NCBI RefSeq assembly: GCF_009914755.1
Contig: NC_060925.1
From: the human T2T-CHM13v2.0 reference genome, Homo sapiens
Direction: 5' to 3' (one strand)
Length of the DNA: 64,000 bases
Numbering within the stretch: position 1 is the stretch's first letter; every line of letters begins with the position of its first letter. The position numbers and the translations under genes are program-made. This document shows, piece by piece, positions 13,866-30,147 of the stretch. The notes under the pieces are model-generated. The model did no database searches, was not told where the DNA came from, and saw only the letters and a list, made by a program, of their open reading frames with translations.

Positions 13866-13908
13866 ATGGGGAATGGAACTGAGGAAGATTATAACTTTGT
13901 CTTCAAGG
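13866..13908 (+). CDS. RAB25: Rab25 GTPase coding exon 1 (MGNGTEEDYNFVFK)
   Basis: aagATGg, 43 nt, gtgagt donor; Rab11-family N-terminus. Confidence 0.96.
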
Positions 13909-14151
13909 GTGAGTTGGGTTCCCTGAAGCAAGAGGAAGCCTGAGAGACCCAGAAAGAGATTGAATAGAGCCAGAGAGGGCCCCCTCCTGTTTTTTTATCT
14001 CTTACCAAGACCTCCTGGGGCTCCTCATTCCTTCAGAAAGAAAGCTGCAGGGAGTGGGGGAGGGTCTGGTTGCAGGGGCAAAAGTCAGGGAGCTTCTGAG
14101 TATGCTCTACTGTGGTAAATAATGATGTTGATTCCTCCTTAAGAGTGCTGA

Positions 14152-14544
<393 letters not shown>

Positions 14545-15217
14545 AGGACTTCTCTCTTGAGAAGAAAGGGAAACCAGCAAACAAGAGGAAGAAAGTCATC
14601 TTTTCTGGGCAGGTGTACAGGGAACGAGAGAAAGGAGAGACACATCCCATTATAGGGTGGGGCAATAAATACATAGGGAAGACAGAAAATATCATGAATT
14701 TGCTGCAGAGTCTGATAGAATCCAGAGGACTCCTAGGGTTGTAGCCTCGTCTGCCTGGCCCTTGGCTGACTCACTGGACCTGCATACCAGGCACTGGGCT
14801 CAACTTTGCTGTCCCTGGAAGCATGCATGTATCTTTCTAGCCCCTGTGTTTGGTGCCTTTGCTGTTTTCCAACCCCACCTTCATACTTCCTTTAGGGCAG
14901 GGTGGACTCTCCAGCCACCCTACCCCAATGCCTCTCCCAACCTCAGCCCGGCCCCTCCCTTGAGCTGGGACTCTCACTCCAGAACCCGCCCTTGAGCTGG
15001 GGAACCTGTACTACTGGCATCTTTTCCAGGAAGGAAAGGGTTAGCAATAGTCTGGGGCAATAATATGAGGAACTACCATTTATTGAGCACTTACTATGTA
15101 CCTGCCACTACCTCATTAATACCATAACAATCCCCGAAAGTCATATTTTATTTTGAGGGGCAGTGTAACATTGTGGTCAGGAGCCAGACTGGGTTCAGAT
15201 CTCAGCCCTGCCACTTA

Positions 15218-16225
<1,008 letters not shown>

Positions 16226-16705
16226 TTTACAACACTAGCCCTGTTATCTTGGGCAAGTCATTTGACCTCCAAAGCGCCTTGTCTGTAAAAACAGGTAAAA
16301 TAGTAATGGGATTCATGGCATTCTTATGAGGATTAAATGAGGTAATATGTGTAAAGCTTTTAACGACACTGCCTGGCACATAGTAAGCATTCAGTACACT
16401 GTAAACATGAACCATTAGTATCTCCACTTTACAACTGAGGCTTAGAGGCAAAGTAGTTTACAAAAGGCCACAAAGTCTGACTTCAATTCCCTTGCCCTAA
16501 GCACCTTTGTGGTATGACGCTAGGGCTGAGAGCCCACCCACTGAGAGGGATGAGGGAGATGTGCCCAGTAGGGGAGAGGCAGGAACACACACACACATAT
16601 ACACACACACACACGCATACACACACATCCTCTTACCCACACATATCCATATTATTTCCAGCTTTTCCATACTGTCCTATGCAAATAACGAATGTTTAAA
16701 TATAT

Positions 16706-17180
<475 letters not shown>

Positions 17181-18375
17181 AGGAACTTTTAAAGTTGGAG
17201 GAGGCCTTTATAAGTTGTATAAGCAAGGCAACTGAGACTGAGAAAAGGTGAGTCACTTGTTCAAGTTCACACAGTTAGTTAGAAGCTGAGCAGGGACCAG
17301 AGCCCACAATATGTGGCTCCCAGTCCTTGGGTGCCAGCCTGCCTTTCCAGAACCACTCTGGGTGGCCTCCTCTAATTCTGTGTGCTTAGTTCAGTGCCAG
17401 TGCAATTTGTGGGCTCTACTCACATCAGCCCCCTACACTCTACCCCAGCCCCCAGCTCATCCACATGGGTAAGACTGGGCCCTGGATGCTGCCCACCAGT
17501 CTAAAGGGTCTTCATGGCCCCTCAGGTGGATCCTTGTCTCTGAAAACCCAAAGGCAAAAACTCTGGCCTGCTAACAACAATCATACCAGTCATGATTTTT
17601 ACACTTACTATATCCTGGGCAATGTCTCACTTACTTCCTACAATAACCCTTAAGGTAGATACTAATGTCTTCCCCATTTTTCATATGAAAAGAACAGCTC
17701 AGATTGGTTAAATAACTTGCCGAAGGACACATAGCTGGTCTAACACCCAGGCCCATGCTCTTAACCATGCGGGACTGTCCCTCCTTAGGGACAACTGGAA
17801 CCTAACTTCTTACACACACATGAGCACACATGCCTTCCTCTCACCCACAGATGTGTCAACTGCCAAACTTTCTCCTTACCCACACTTTGATTCACACCTC
17901 TGTTCCTTATGCAAACACACACACACCAAACCTCCCACTTGTCCTCCCAGCTCATATATATAGAGACAAGTGCAATGTTCTCATACTCCAAGTCCTAGTC
18001 CAGAACTGTGCACCCCCTGACCTCCCACCATCCCTGTCCATATTCACACACAACAGTAATGTCTCCGCATGACACTCATAAAGAGCCCACAGATGTCACT
18101 CCCTCACCAGAGATGCAGGCTGACTCTGCAACCATGTATCAACAGACCAGGCTATAACCCGTCAAGCCCCTTTGTTTGTTTTAAACTCTTGGCTTTCCTG
18201 CCCACCAGGACAGATGCATTATGCAGAGTTGCAGACTCCAGTCTCACAGGAGACTCCGTTCCCTAATCTTTTTTCTGAGCTCAGTTCCCTTTTTCTGCTG
18301 GGCAGACCCTCCAAGCTCAGGTGGGGTTGGAGCTGCTCTACCCCATGCTCAGCCCTTATCTCTCCACTCCTTCAG

Positions 18376-18571
18376 TGGTGCTGATCGGCGAATCAGGTGT
18401 GGGGAAGACCAATCTACTCTCCCGATTCACGCGCAATGAGTTCAGCCACGACAGCCGCACCACCATCGGGGTTGAGTTCTCCACCCGCACTGTGATGTTG
18501 GGCACCGCTGCTGTCAAGGCTCAGATCTGGGACACAGCTGGCCTGGAGCGGTACCGAGCCATCACCTCGGC
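18376..18571 (+). CDS. RAB25: Rab25 exon 2 (P-loop GESGVGKT, switch I TIGVEF, WDTAGLE)
   Basis: 196 nt, ttcag/gtgagc; G1-G3 motifs. Confidence 0.98.
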
Positions 18572-19069
18572 GTGAGCCCGGGCCTGGGGGGCTGCTGGGT
18601 GGTGGGAGTTCTGGGGAAGTCGAGGAACACTTCTGGAGGAGAAGTGGGGGAGGAGGAGGCAAGGGGGCTCAGCAGTGGGCTCTGGGGGGTGGGGATGGAG
18701 ATCACAGAAGATAAAAGGTACTGTAAACAGAAACAGCACAAGCCAGGATATAGTAACACTGACTAGTACTACTAAAAGCAGGAATCATTGCCACTTACTA
18801 AGCCTTTGCTATGTGCCCAGGAAGGGACAAGTTACTTTACATTTGGCATTTTATGTAACCCTTAAAGTACCACAGGAGTAAAGTGCTATAATTAGTTAAT
18901 TTCTGTATAAATACAAACAAGGTGAAATCAGGGTGGAGCTAGGATGGGGGCGAGCTGCACGGATCGAGAGCGCCCCCTCACTTCCGCACAATGCTCTGCA
19001 CTTGGCAACTTTCATCTAACCACAGAGGACCAAAAGCTGAACCCAGCATCTGCATTTTATGAAGACTCA

Positions 19070-19819
<750 letters not shown>

Positions 19820-20211
19820 TCAGGGGCTTTGGTTACACATGCTCCTCGTTACCTGATCTCTTATGAGCCTCAGTTGACTCATCAATGAATTGGGAGTTAG
19901 ACATCACTAGTCTGAAGACATCCCATCCAACTCCAAGAGGGAGACTGGATGCTTTCAGTGATGCCTTGAATGGTCAGGCCAGGGACTGCTGCAAGAGGTA
20001 GGCATTCAGCTAATCCTAGAAAGAAGGCCACGGGAGAGAACAGGCCACTGTTAAGGAGCCATGTGAGGAAGATCTTGAAGGTGGCAGAGTTGGCTAAAGC
20101 CCAGATGTGCACTGGTGGAGAGTAGGGGCTAAAATCAGGACGAGAACCTGAGAAAGTAGAGGGGCTGGCTGTGAGGAAGCCAATAGAGATTTTAGAGCAG
20201 GGAGGTGAAAC

Positions 20212-20632
<421 letters not shown>

Positions 20633-20734
20633 CTAGTACTCTGATCCCGGGTGTTCCAGCTTGACGGCTCTGCTCTGATGCTGGGTCCAATGCCTCTGAT
20701 CGTATCTCTGTCCATCCTTCTCATTCCCACCCAG

Positions 20735-20928
20735 GTACTATCGTGGTGCAGTGGGGGCCCTCCTGGTGTTTGACCTAACCAAGCACCAGACCTATGCTGT
20801 GGTGGAGCGATGGCTGAAGGAGCTCTATGACCATGCTGAAGCCACGATCGTCGTCATGCTCGTGGGTAACAAAAGTGACCTCAGCCAGGCCCGGGAAGTG
20901 CCCACTGAGGAGGCCCGAATGTTCGCTG
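20735..20928 (+). CDS. RAB25: Rab25 exon 3 ([13 protein letters not shown]...GNKSDL)
   Basis: 194 nt, ccag/gtgaga; G4 NKxD motif. Confidence 0.98.
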
Positions 20929-21149
20929 GTGAGAGCCTGCCACTACCCAGGCTGACTCCTCCAAGCTTAGCCCACCTTTCCCTTGCAGTCTCCCAGCCCC
21001 TGCCCCCACCCATAGAGCCCCTAGCCTGGCCTTCCTCCATACAGTCCTCTACCCCATCCCCTCTTCCTCAGGATTTCCCAGCACTTCCCCTTTGGGACCC
21101 TGTGTCTCCCATGATGTCCCACCACTTGCCCTGAGATTGTCTTTATTGA

Positions 21150-21943
21150 TTTTTTTTTTTTTTTTTTTTTTGAGACCGGGTCTCAATCTGTTGCCTAGGC
21201 TAGAGTGCAGTGGTGCGATCTCGGCTCGCTGCAACTTCCACCTCTTGGGTTCAAGCAATTCTCATGCCTCAGCCTCCTGAGTAGCTAAGACTACAGGTGT
21301 GCGCCACCATGCCTGGCTAATTTTTGTATTTTTAGTAGAGATGGGGTTTCATCGTGTTGACCAGGCTGGTCTCGAACCCCTGACCTCAGGTGATCCAGCT
21401 GCCTCGGCCTCCCAAAGTTCTGGGATTATAGGTGTGAGCCACTGTGCCCGGCCCGTAGTTAATTTTAAGGCAGCCCCACCCTGTAATGCTCAAAGATCCT
21501 ATGGAGAGGATAGGCTTCCCAGGAGTTTTCTGAGTTTAGAGGCAGCACAATATGGTGGTTAAGGGTGTTCTGGAGTCCCATGGCCCAGTCTCCCATCTGC
21601 TCTTGGCCAGTTACTAAATGTGGGACATGGAGCAATTTCCTTATTCTTTTTCTTTTTCTTTTTTTGAGAGGAGTCTCGCTCCGTCACCCAGGCTGGGGTG
21701 CAGTGGCACGATCTTGGCTCACTGCAACCTCCACCTCCTGGGTTCAAGCAATTCTCTGCCTCAGCCTCCCGAGTAGCTGGGATTACAGGTGCCCGCCACC
21801 ATGCCTGGCTAATTTTTGTATTTTTAGTGGAGACGGGGTTTCACCATGTTGGCCAAGCCGGTCTTGAACTCCTGACCTCGTGATCCACCCACCTCAGCCT
21901 CCCAAAGTGCTGGGATTACAGGCGTGAGCCACCGCACCCAGCC
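21150..21943 (-). mobile_element. Two antisense Alus (21150-21453, 21645-21943)
   Basis: Alu consensus in RAB25 intron 3. Confidence 0.92.
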
Positions 21944-22135
21944 CCTTATTTGTTTTCTTTGTGTTTCTGGATTCAGTTTTCTAAATGAACCTACCTTGTA
22001 AGTTGTTTTAAGGATTAAATGATCTGCTACATGCCAAGAGTTTAGCACATGGCAAATGTATATAGCAAACATTAATATTATTATTATTATTGCCTTTGAC
22101 TCCCACAATTAATGGTGTGTTTCCCTTCCTGGCAG

Positions 22136-22216
22136 AAAACAATGGACTGCTCTTCCTGGAGACCTCAGCCCTGGACTCTACCAATGTTGAGCTAGCCTTT
22201 GAGACTGTCCTGAAAG
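22136..22216 (+). CDS. RAB25: Rab25 exon 4 ([26 protein letters not shown])
   Basis: 81 nt, gcag/gttaga; G5 ETSA motif. Confidence 0.97.
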
Positions 22217-22624
22217 GTTAGAGCCTACCTTTATTCTGCACCCCTATTCCATCCCCGTGGCTTCTACAGGCAGCAGTAGGAATGCAGACACTCAGCCCTC
22301 ACCCCAGCTAATTTCTCAGCTCCTCTGTGGGTCCTGGCACCACTGCCTGTCCCCCTCAGTCCCTCCCCAGTGCCTCCCACTCAGTCTGGAGCTCAGGGAG
22401 GGAACAGGCCACACTCCCCATGGGGCTGACTCTTGGTTCCTTCTCCACCCAAGTAAGTAGAAGGGACCCCTATGTCCACACTTCATTTCCTTCCTGCAAA
22501 ACCTCCTGCAAGTGTGGCCACCCCCCATGCTCAGAAGGGGCATGCAGTATGTATGGGGGGGTTGGGGAGAAGGGAGCATGGGCTCTAAATCTTCTGGCCT
22601 GATCACTGCCCTCTGCCCTCCCAG

Positions 22625-22752
22625 AAATCTTTGCGAAGGTGTCCAAGCAGAGACAGAACAGCATCCGGACCAATGCCATCACTCTGGGCAGTGCCCAGGC
22701 TGGACAGGAGCCTGGCCCTGGGGAGAAGAGGGCCTGTTGCATCAGCCTCTGA
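22625..22752 (+). CDS. RAB25: Rab25 exon 5 (hypervariable tail ending CCISL* prenylation motif)
   Basis: 128 nt, TGA 22750-22752; total CDS 642 nt = 213 aa. Confidence 0.97.
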
Positions 22753-22948
22753 CCTTGGCCAGCACCACCTGCCCCCACTGGCTTTTTGGTGCCCCTTGTC
22801 CCCACTTCAGCCCCAGGACCTTTCCTTGCCCTTTGGTTCCAGATATCAGACTGTTCCCTGTTCACAGCACCCTCAGGGTCTTAAGGTCTTCATGCCCTAT
22901 CACAAATACCTCTTTTATCTGTCCACCCCTCACAGACTAGGACCCTCA

Positions 22949-22954
22949 AATAAA
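22949..22954 (+). terminator. RAB25 polyadenylation signal AATAAA
   Basis: Canonical hexamer ~200 nt after the stop. Confidence 0.85.
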
Positions 22955-23446
22955 GCTGTTTTATATCAATGCCTGGTCATTCCGCTGCCTCCCGTCTGTT
23001 CCTCCCTCTTCTCCTTGTCTGTGCCTCCCCTTCAACTTTGGCCCCTCCTCTGAGTCCCTAATCCCCTTCCTCTGTCCTCCCCACCATACCTACTGCCCCT
23101 CAGGGCCAGCTGCCTCTGGAGTTCTGTGGTCTGGGGACAGTGCCAAGGGGATAGGAGGTGCCTGCCCTTCCCTCTGCCAACCCCCAGGGCAGGTGGGGGA
23201 GGGAGGAGAGCATGGAGGGGAGGGGGTATATCTGGAAGGCGAGACAAAGGAAACCATCGGCGGGCACCATCTGGTGCTGAGGGCCCTGGTGCCAACAACT
23301 GAGGTCACTCCAATGCCAGGGGCAAGGGGAGGAGGCAGCGGGAGATACAAGGGGAGAAGAGGGAGTGGGGGCCAGTCCTGTAGGTGTGTACTGGGGAAGG
23401 GGTTTTTAAGCCTGAGAGGTGCAAGGTCCAAGTCCTCCATCCAGTC

Positions 23447-24178
<732 letters not shown>

Positions 24179-24479
24179 CACCTTCCCCTGTTCTTCAGGT
24201 CAGGGTGGAACAAGGCCTGACTGCACCTCCAAAGAAGAGAAGGGAGTAAATGGAGAGAAAAGGCAGGGGATTAGAGCTTGGAGACTCAAGCAGAGCTATG
24301 GAGAGCTGAAAGGGGGAGCTTAAGGGTGGCAAGGAACTCCAGAGACATCCACTACTCACAGGTGTGTAGGGAGCCCAAAGCTACACTAGAGGAAACCCCA
24401 AGCTGCAATCCCCACCCAGATCCTCCCACTCACCCCAAGATGGCACAGACTTACATGCAGAGAACGAAGACAGAGCCTT

Positions 24480-27400
24480 AAGTAATAGTACTTTTAATAA
24501 AATTAAGTTCTTAATAGCACATTTAATACATTAACCCTCCCCCTTCTTGGTTTCTCTGCATTTTGTGCAACATCACTTTGACTTGATTATTCTTGGGTCT
24601 GTTTTATTTCCCGCTTTTATTTTGCTTTTGAAATCTTTTTCCTTGGTGGATTTGTACGTGTCTTCACTAGATGCCTCAAATTAAGTCTGACCACAATCCT
24701 ACTCTACTTTCTACAGTGGAGAGACCATCCTCCCTGCCCCAGGGCTGTCTCCACCCACCCCCCCTTCCCCACCCGCACCCTCGAGTGGGGAAGGGGAAGC
24801 CCTCCCCACCCCAGACGCTACCATCCCAAACTAGCGGGGTTTCTAGGACAAAAAGAGCAGGGGGAATCTGTCCCTAGGTGGGGCGAGAAGAGTAAATTGG
24901 GTAGAGGGAGATGTGTTTGGGGTCTAGGGCCAGGGAGGGGGATGGCAGAGTCATTGGTGTAATGAAGCAGGCTCCTCCTGCCAAAAGGAGAGCCAAGGGG
25001 CCCCTCCAACCCCTTGGATAGGAGGGGAAGGCCCAGTGATTGCAAGCTGGGGTTGGTAGAAGGCAAGTGCTTTAAAAATGTTGATTTCTCACACGCAGAA
25101 GCCAAGCCCTCCAGTTTTGTGTGGGGAGGGCAATGTGTTCCCAGGCCAGGGTACAGTAGATGACCCCTACCTGAACACATATAGATGGAGGTGAACTGGA
25201 GCAGAGGGTCAGGGTTAGGGTCACCCAAAGTCCCTGTGCCTTTCCCCAGCCTCTGTGCCCATGGGGATGCCTTTCTCCCAGGCCTTCAAGGACAGTGTTT
25301 CCACTCCACTCCGTGGGAAGTCCTTCTTGGAATCTAACTTTTATGAGACAAGAAAGCACTTTGCAAGTAGGTGAAGAACGAGTCAGCTTTAAAGAACAAT
25401 TACTGAGATTGTTACTGCTACTGCTGCCATGGAGGTCAAAGCTAAGTGGAAAGCTGGATGGGAACAGGGGTAGGGGACTGATCGCCTCAGTGCTCTTGAA
25501 GCTCTGAAGGTGAGAAGCGTGTGTGCATGTGTGTCTGTTTGTGGAATGACTTCCCAGGCTCTTAAATCAATCTGTAGAGAAGTGGACCGAGGTCACACTT
25601 CAAGAAGGACTTCCTCAGTTAGGCCTGGGGGAAGCAGGCATGGGAGGGTTTGAGCTGGGAGCCCCAGGAGGGGACATACCACATTGGAGTATGGGCTGCC
25701 CAGGTACTAGGGGTGCAGGTGAATGTGCTTGGCCTCCTCTGCTGCCCCCAACCCAGCCCCTGTCTTATTGAGATGATCAGTGTGCATCCTTTCCAAGACC
25801 CTGGGAAATGAACCCCTCATTTCTTTGTCCTACAATTTAAAAATCCAAGGATTCTCAGAATCAACCCCAGCAGACTGGAAGCTCCCAATCTTAAACTAGC
25901 AACCTGATCCAACCCTGGTATCTGAAGATTGGGCAACTCAGGGTGGACTCAGCCACTTCCCTCCTCTATTTATCTTTTCCTTACAACTTTTATACATTCT
26001 ACTGGACCCAGGGGCCCTCAATGCTACTAAACTTTAAGCTATCTTAATATTGTCTACTAAGTAACTAGTAATTGTTTCTTTCTCTCTCTAGGATTATATG
26101 AAATAAATTTGAATTATTATTATTAATAATTATTATTTTGTAGTATTCTTTTCTTTTAAACCCCTCGGTTTCTCTTTTTCTTCTCTTTCTCTCTTGTTTT
26201 TGGTTAAAAAAAAATCTAGATCTCTTAAATCTCACACATCTCTGAGGGTTCCTATAGGCCTGCTAGGCCTTAATTCTGGATTCCCCCTCCTCACTTGCCC
26301 CTGCGACAGGGCAGGGGAAAGTGGTGGGGGACACCCCAGGATCCTCAGTCCTTAGTCCTACAGCTTCTTCCTTTCTTGTTAATCCCTTTCTTTGTTTGGC
26401 TCTGCCGGCTCCCCTGAGGGGGAGGGGGAGAGGGGAGGAGGAGTCCATGGAGTGAAATCCAATCTACTGGAAGGGTCCCAGGAGGGACCGGGTTCCCCCA
26501 GCTCCTCTCTCCACCATTCACCCCCGGGATGCTCCCCCAAGAAAAGCAAATGACATTCCTCCCCAAAAAAAAAGTGGGGGAAAAAAGCAACGTAAACCCA
26601 AACATATATTAAAAACACTTTTTTTTTTTAAGATTTAACTCTGAATACAAATGTATTTTTTTCTTCTTCTCTCCCTACATATATTCTAAACCTTCTAAAG
26701 TTTTTTTATTTTTTTAAGGATCACTTTATCATAAAATAAAATATCCTTTTCATATAATAAATTACCTAATAAAAAGTCTTTTTTTTTCATATTAGCCCAG
26801 GTTCTTTGCTACATTTATATGGTAATAAACGCCTTTATTAAAATAGAATATTAAATTATAAAGAACTGCTTTTTTTTTTTTTTTTTGCTATTTTTGTTTT
26901 CTCTCCTCTGTGTTGGTCGCCTGTCTCGCTCCCTCTCATGCTCTCTTTCTCTCCTCTATTTTGTCTCTCACTATTCGTGTTTTGTGTTTGTTTCTAGGTT
27001 TGGCTCAATTGGTAAGGGTGGGATTGAATTTGCTGAGCCCCCTAGTGTAACAGTCTTCTGCCTTTGTGGGTAAAGAGTGGAGAGGGGGAGGGGGACGACA
27101 GACAGACATCCCTTCTTCCCACCCCCCTCCCCACCTGCCCCCCGGCAACCGAGGGTGCCCATTTGGTTTGGTTTCTATTGTACAGACATCTCAGGATGGC
27201 TCACATAGGCGGGAAGGAGGGAAGTCGTCACAGGGCAGTTTTCTTGGCTGTGACCTCCTTCCCCACCCCTCCCTGGCTGGTGTTCTGGAGGGGAAGGCTG
27301 TGGAGAGGTGTTAATTCTCGACAGGAGGAAGGAGAGGAGGAAATCCCCTCTGCACCTCCACCTGCTCCATCCAGGAAGAATGGGACTCTGGAGCTTTAAG

Positions 27401-29038
27401 TGCTCGGGTGATCACTCAGAACAGTCCCACCCCACTATTTACAAGGATCTCCTGGGACTCCCATCCCTCCATCCTCTCTTGGCCCGGCCAGCGGAACCAG
27501 GAGGGTGGAGAGCTGGTGGCAGCCCCAAATGAGCAGGAGGGAAGCAGCAAAGGGGGTGCAAGGCCTGTAACAATATGTGATTCTCAGAATAGGCCCTGCT
27601 GCCCACCTCCCGCCAGTCCTGCTTTGCCCCAGGCTGACCCCTCTTTGAAGACCTGGCTTCTCCTCAACCACATCAGGTGGGACACAGACTCCATGATTTG
27701 CATGGAGGATTCAAGCTAATAAGGATTCAAGCTAATAAGGATTCAATAAAGGTTCAGGTCAGGTTGAGAGGGGTGCAGGGAGTCGGGCACTGCATGGGAG
27801 GAGCAGCTCTTCCCTCCACCAGTCTCTCCTCCTGCCTCACGCCCTTTCCTGCTCCTATAAATAGCAGACACACTACTCTGGCGCCCCCACTTCCACAACC
27901 AGAAAATCCAGCCCAAGAACTACTCCCTAAATATAATGCCCATAGTGATGAAGGTGGGGGTTTGACCCTTTACCCCAGTATTAGTCCCCTCCTCACATTT
28001 TCACTGAGAATGGGGATACATTCCATCAATAATTTGAGATGTTTCTTTGGAGGAGTGGGGGAGAGGGCCTCCAGATGCCTGAAGAGGAATGGAGGGACCA
28101 TCCAAATATTCCTCCCCCTACTTCTCCCCAGAAGGATGGTGTCCCCAAAGCTGGGCTGGTAGGGGCAGGGGCAGGGGGAAGGGAAGAAAGACAAAGACAA
28201 GGAACAAGACAGAGCTGGGAGTGACAGCCACCAAAAGAAAGCAAAGCAAAGAGCTGGAGGGAAAGGAAAGAGTTGAGGAAAGGGAAGATCCCAAAGGAAG
28301 GGAAGATAGGCGGAGAGAGTGAAGGGAAACACTGCGGGGGACAGGGGCAGAGAGGAGGACTCCTCTCCAGATTCCTCTAGCCCAGCTTTGTGGGGACAGA
28401 TGGCTTCTGAGCCTTTCAGCCACAGAAACGATTGACATGCTTCTCTCCCCAACCCCTAGAAGATCTATGCAACTTCTGATAGGACTCCAACTCCCTTACA
28501 CTGCTGGAAACTGGTGACAGTTTCCCAAACAGGATATGGGGGTGGGGTGGGAGGTAAAGGGTCATGTTAGGAGGTCGGAGGTCAGGACCAGAGGGCTTAG
28601 GGATTGCAAAGAGCACCTCTAGATACAGGTGGTAATTCTCCCTCTCTCTTTTACCCACCCCCTCCTCGGAAGAAGGGGTGGAGTGACACACAGCGGGGGA
28701 GGTGGGCAGAGGGCGTCAGAATGCCTTAGTGGCCACCTCTGGCAAAACAAAAGTTTCTCTTAGCTGCTTCCAGATTTAAGGGTGTGTTGAGGTATCAGAG
28801 TTGTAACTCTAGTAAAATTTTCAGTCTGGCCCCCTCCCAATCTTTCCAGGACAGGGTGACCAGAGGCTCTGAAAGTGGCGCACCCTCCAGCCACCACTGC
28901 CTCCCTCCCCCCTTCCCCAGCGAGCGAGTATCTCTAAGCACCTTGCCCCTCAAATCACCGCTTTCCAAAAGGCTTTAGTGGAAAACAGGTCCAGGGTGGG
29001 CCCAGTGGAGTGGGCCCCGGAGGCATGGGGCACGGGGC
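24480..29038 (-). other. MEX3A: MEX3A long 3'UTR (~4.5 kb)
   Basis: Alu-free block after the stop; A/U-rich islands; minus-strand ATTAAA at 24493-24498 and 24522-24527, AATAAA at 24603-24608 and 24616-24621; exact end inferred. Confidence 0.75.
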
Positions 29039-30147
29039 TTAGGAGAATATTCGGATGGCTTGCGTGGCTGTGATGTGGCAGACGGGACACTCTGGGTCCG
29101 TCCTCTCGCAGATGCGTACTGCACACTCCATGCAGAACAGGTTGTGTCCGCAGGGCACAAGGGCGGCAGTCACTTCGCTCTCAAAGCAGACCATGCAATC
29201 CCGCCCGCCGCCGGGGCTCCGCAGGCCGCCCCCACCAAGTTTAGAGAAGCCCTGGAGCGGCTCTCCCGGGGGGCGCCTCGGGAGTCCGGCCAGCTCGGGT
29301 CCCGCGGAAGTGGCAGGGGAGCGGTGTGCGCCCGGGGGCCCAGCGCGGGCCTTGGCGGAAGAGGAGGAGGAGGAGGAGGCAGAGGAGAAGAGCACGGAGG
29401 TGGGCGTGGCGTTCTCCTGGCCCGCCCACAGCGGGGGGCTAGTCTCGGCCACGCCGTAGTACACATCCTGCTTGCCCACGCCATAGCCCGGAAAGAGGTA
29501 CCCGCCGTAGCCAAAGTCCCCGCCCTGCTCACCCAGGCGTGGGGCCTCAAAGCCAGAGTCCACTCCGCACTCGCCGATGCAGCCCAGGCTGTTCTGCCGG
29601 AAGGTGGAGAGGGGCTTGCAGCCGGGCTGGTGCACCCGCCAGGCGTCGGAGTAGCGGCTATCGATTGCTGCGTCGGGGCTCCCCGCCAGGAAGTCGTTTT
29701 CATTGTTGTACTCGAGGATCTTGCCAGTGCGCACCGCGATGTGCGTCTCGATCTCCTCGCGCGCACGCTCCACGTTGCCTGGGGCACCCGTGATCTCGAA
29801 CACGGGGTCGCGGTCACGGCTTGGTGTGATAATGTATGTGTTGGTTTGCTGCTGGATGCGCTTGATGGTTGCCCCTTTGGGGCCCACCACCAGCCCCACC
29901 ACGCGGTAGGGCACCCGCACACGGATGGTCACCTGGCCGGGCAGAGCAGGAGCCACACCAAAGGCGGCGCCTGACTTGTTGCGGGAGGCACGGATCATGG
30001 AGAAGTGCTCCGCTGCTGAGATGATTTCCCGCCGGGCTGTGGCCACGTCCTCCCGTCGCCCTGTCACCATGAACACTGGTTCCTCGCCCCTCACCGGTGT
30101 CTTGATGTAGGTGTTGGTCTTGGCCCTCAAGGCCTTAATCTTGCAGC
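29039..30147 (-). CDS. MEX3A: MEX3A coding exon 2 (rest of KH1, KH2, C-terminal RING finger)
   Basis: cccag acceptor, 1109 nt to TAA; [14 protein letters not shown]2; CMVC...[10 protein letters not shown]...CPVC RING; total 1563 nt = 520 aa. Confidence 0.98.
29050..30130. other. Intragenic CpG-rich island over MEX3A exon 2
   Basis: Dense CpG throughout the terminal coding exon. Confidence 0.7.

Noticed and set aside
18321-18375. Intronic in-frame ATG (18345) upstream of RAB25 exon 2
   Set aside because: Lies in the acceptor pyrimidine tract with weak context; no sign of an internal promoter
18965-18990. Partial CTCF-like GCGCCCCCTCAC (also a weak match near 5478)
   Set aside because: Matches only half of the core consensus
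27855-27864. CTATAAATAG (MEF2/TATA-like) inside the MEX3A 3'UTR
   Set aside because: Single short motif with no supporting context; can arise by chance
29060-29974. 304-aa antisense ORF and 250-aa alternative-frame ORF (29170-29922) over MEX3A exon 2
   Set aside because: Shadow ORFs expected from GC-rich codon usage; non-ATG starts and no recognisable domain
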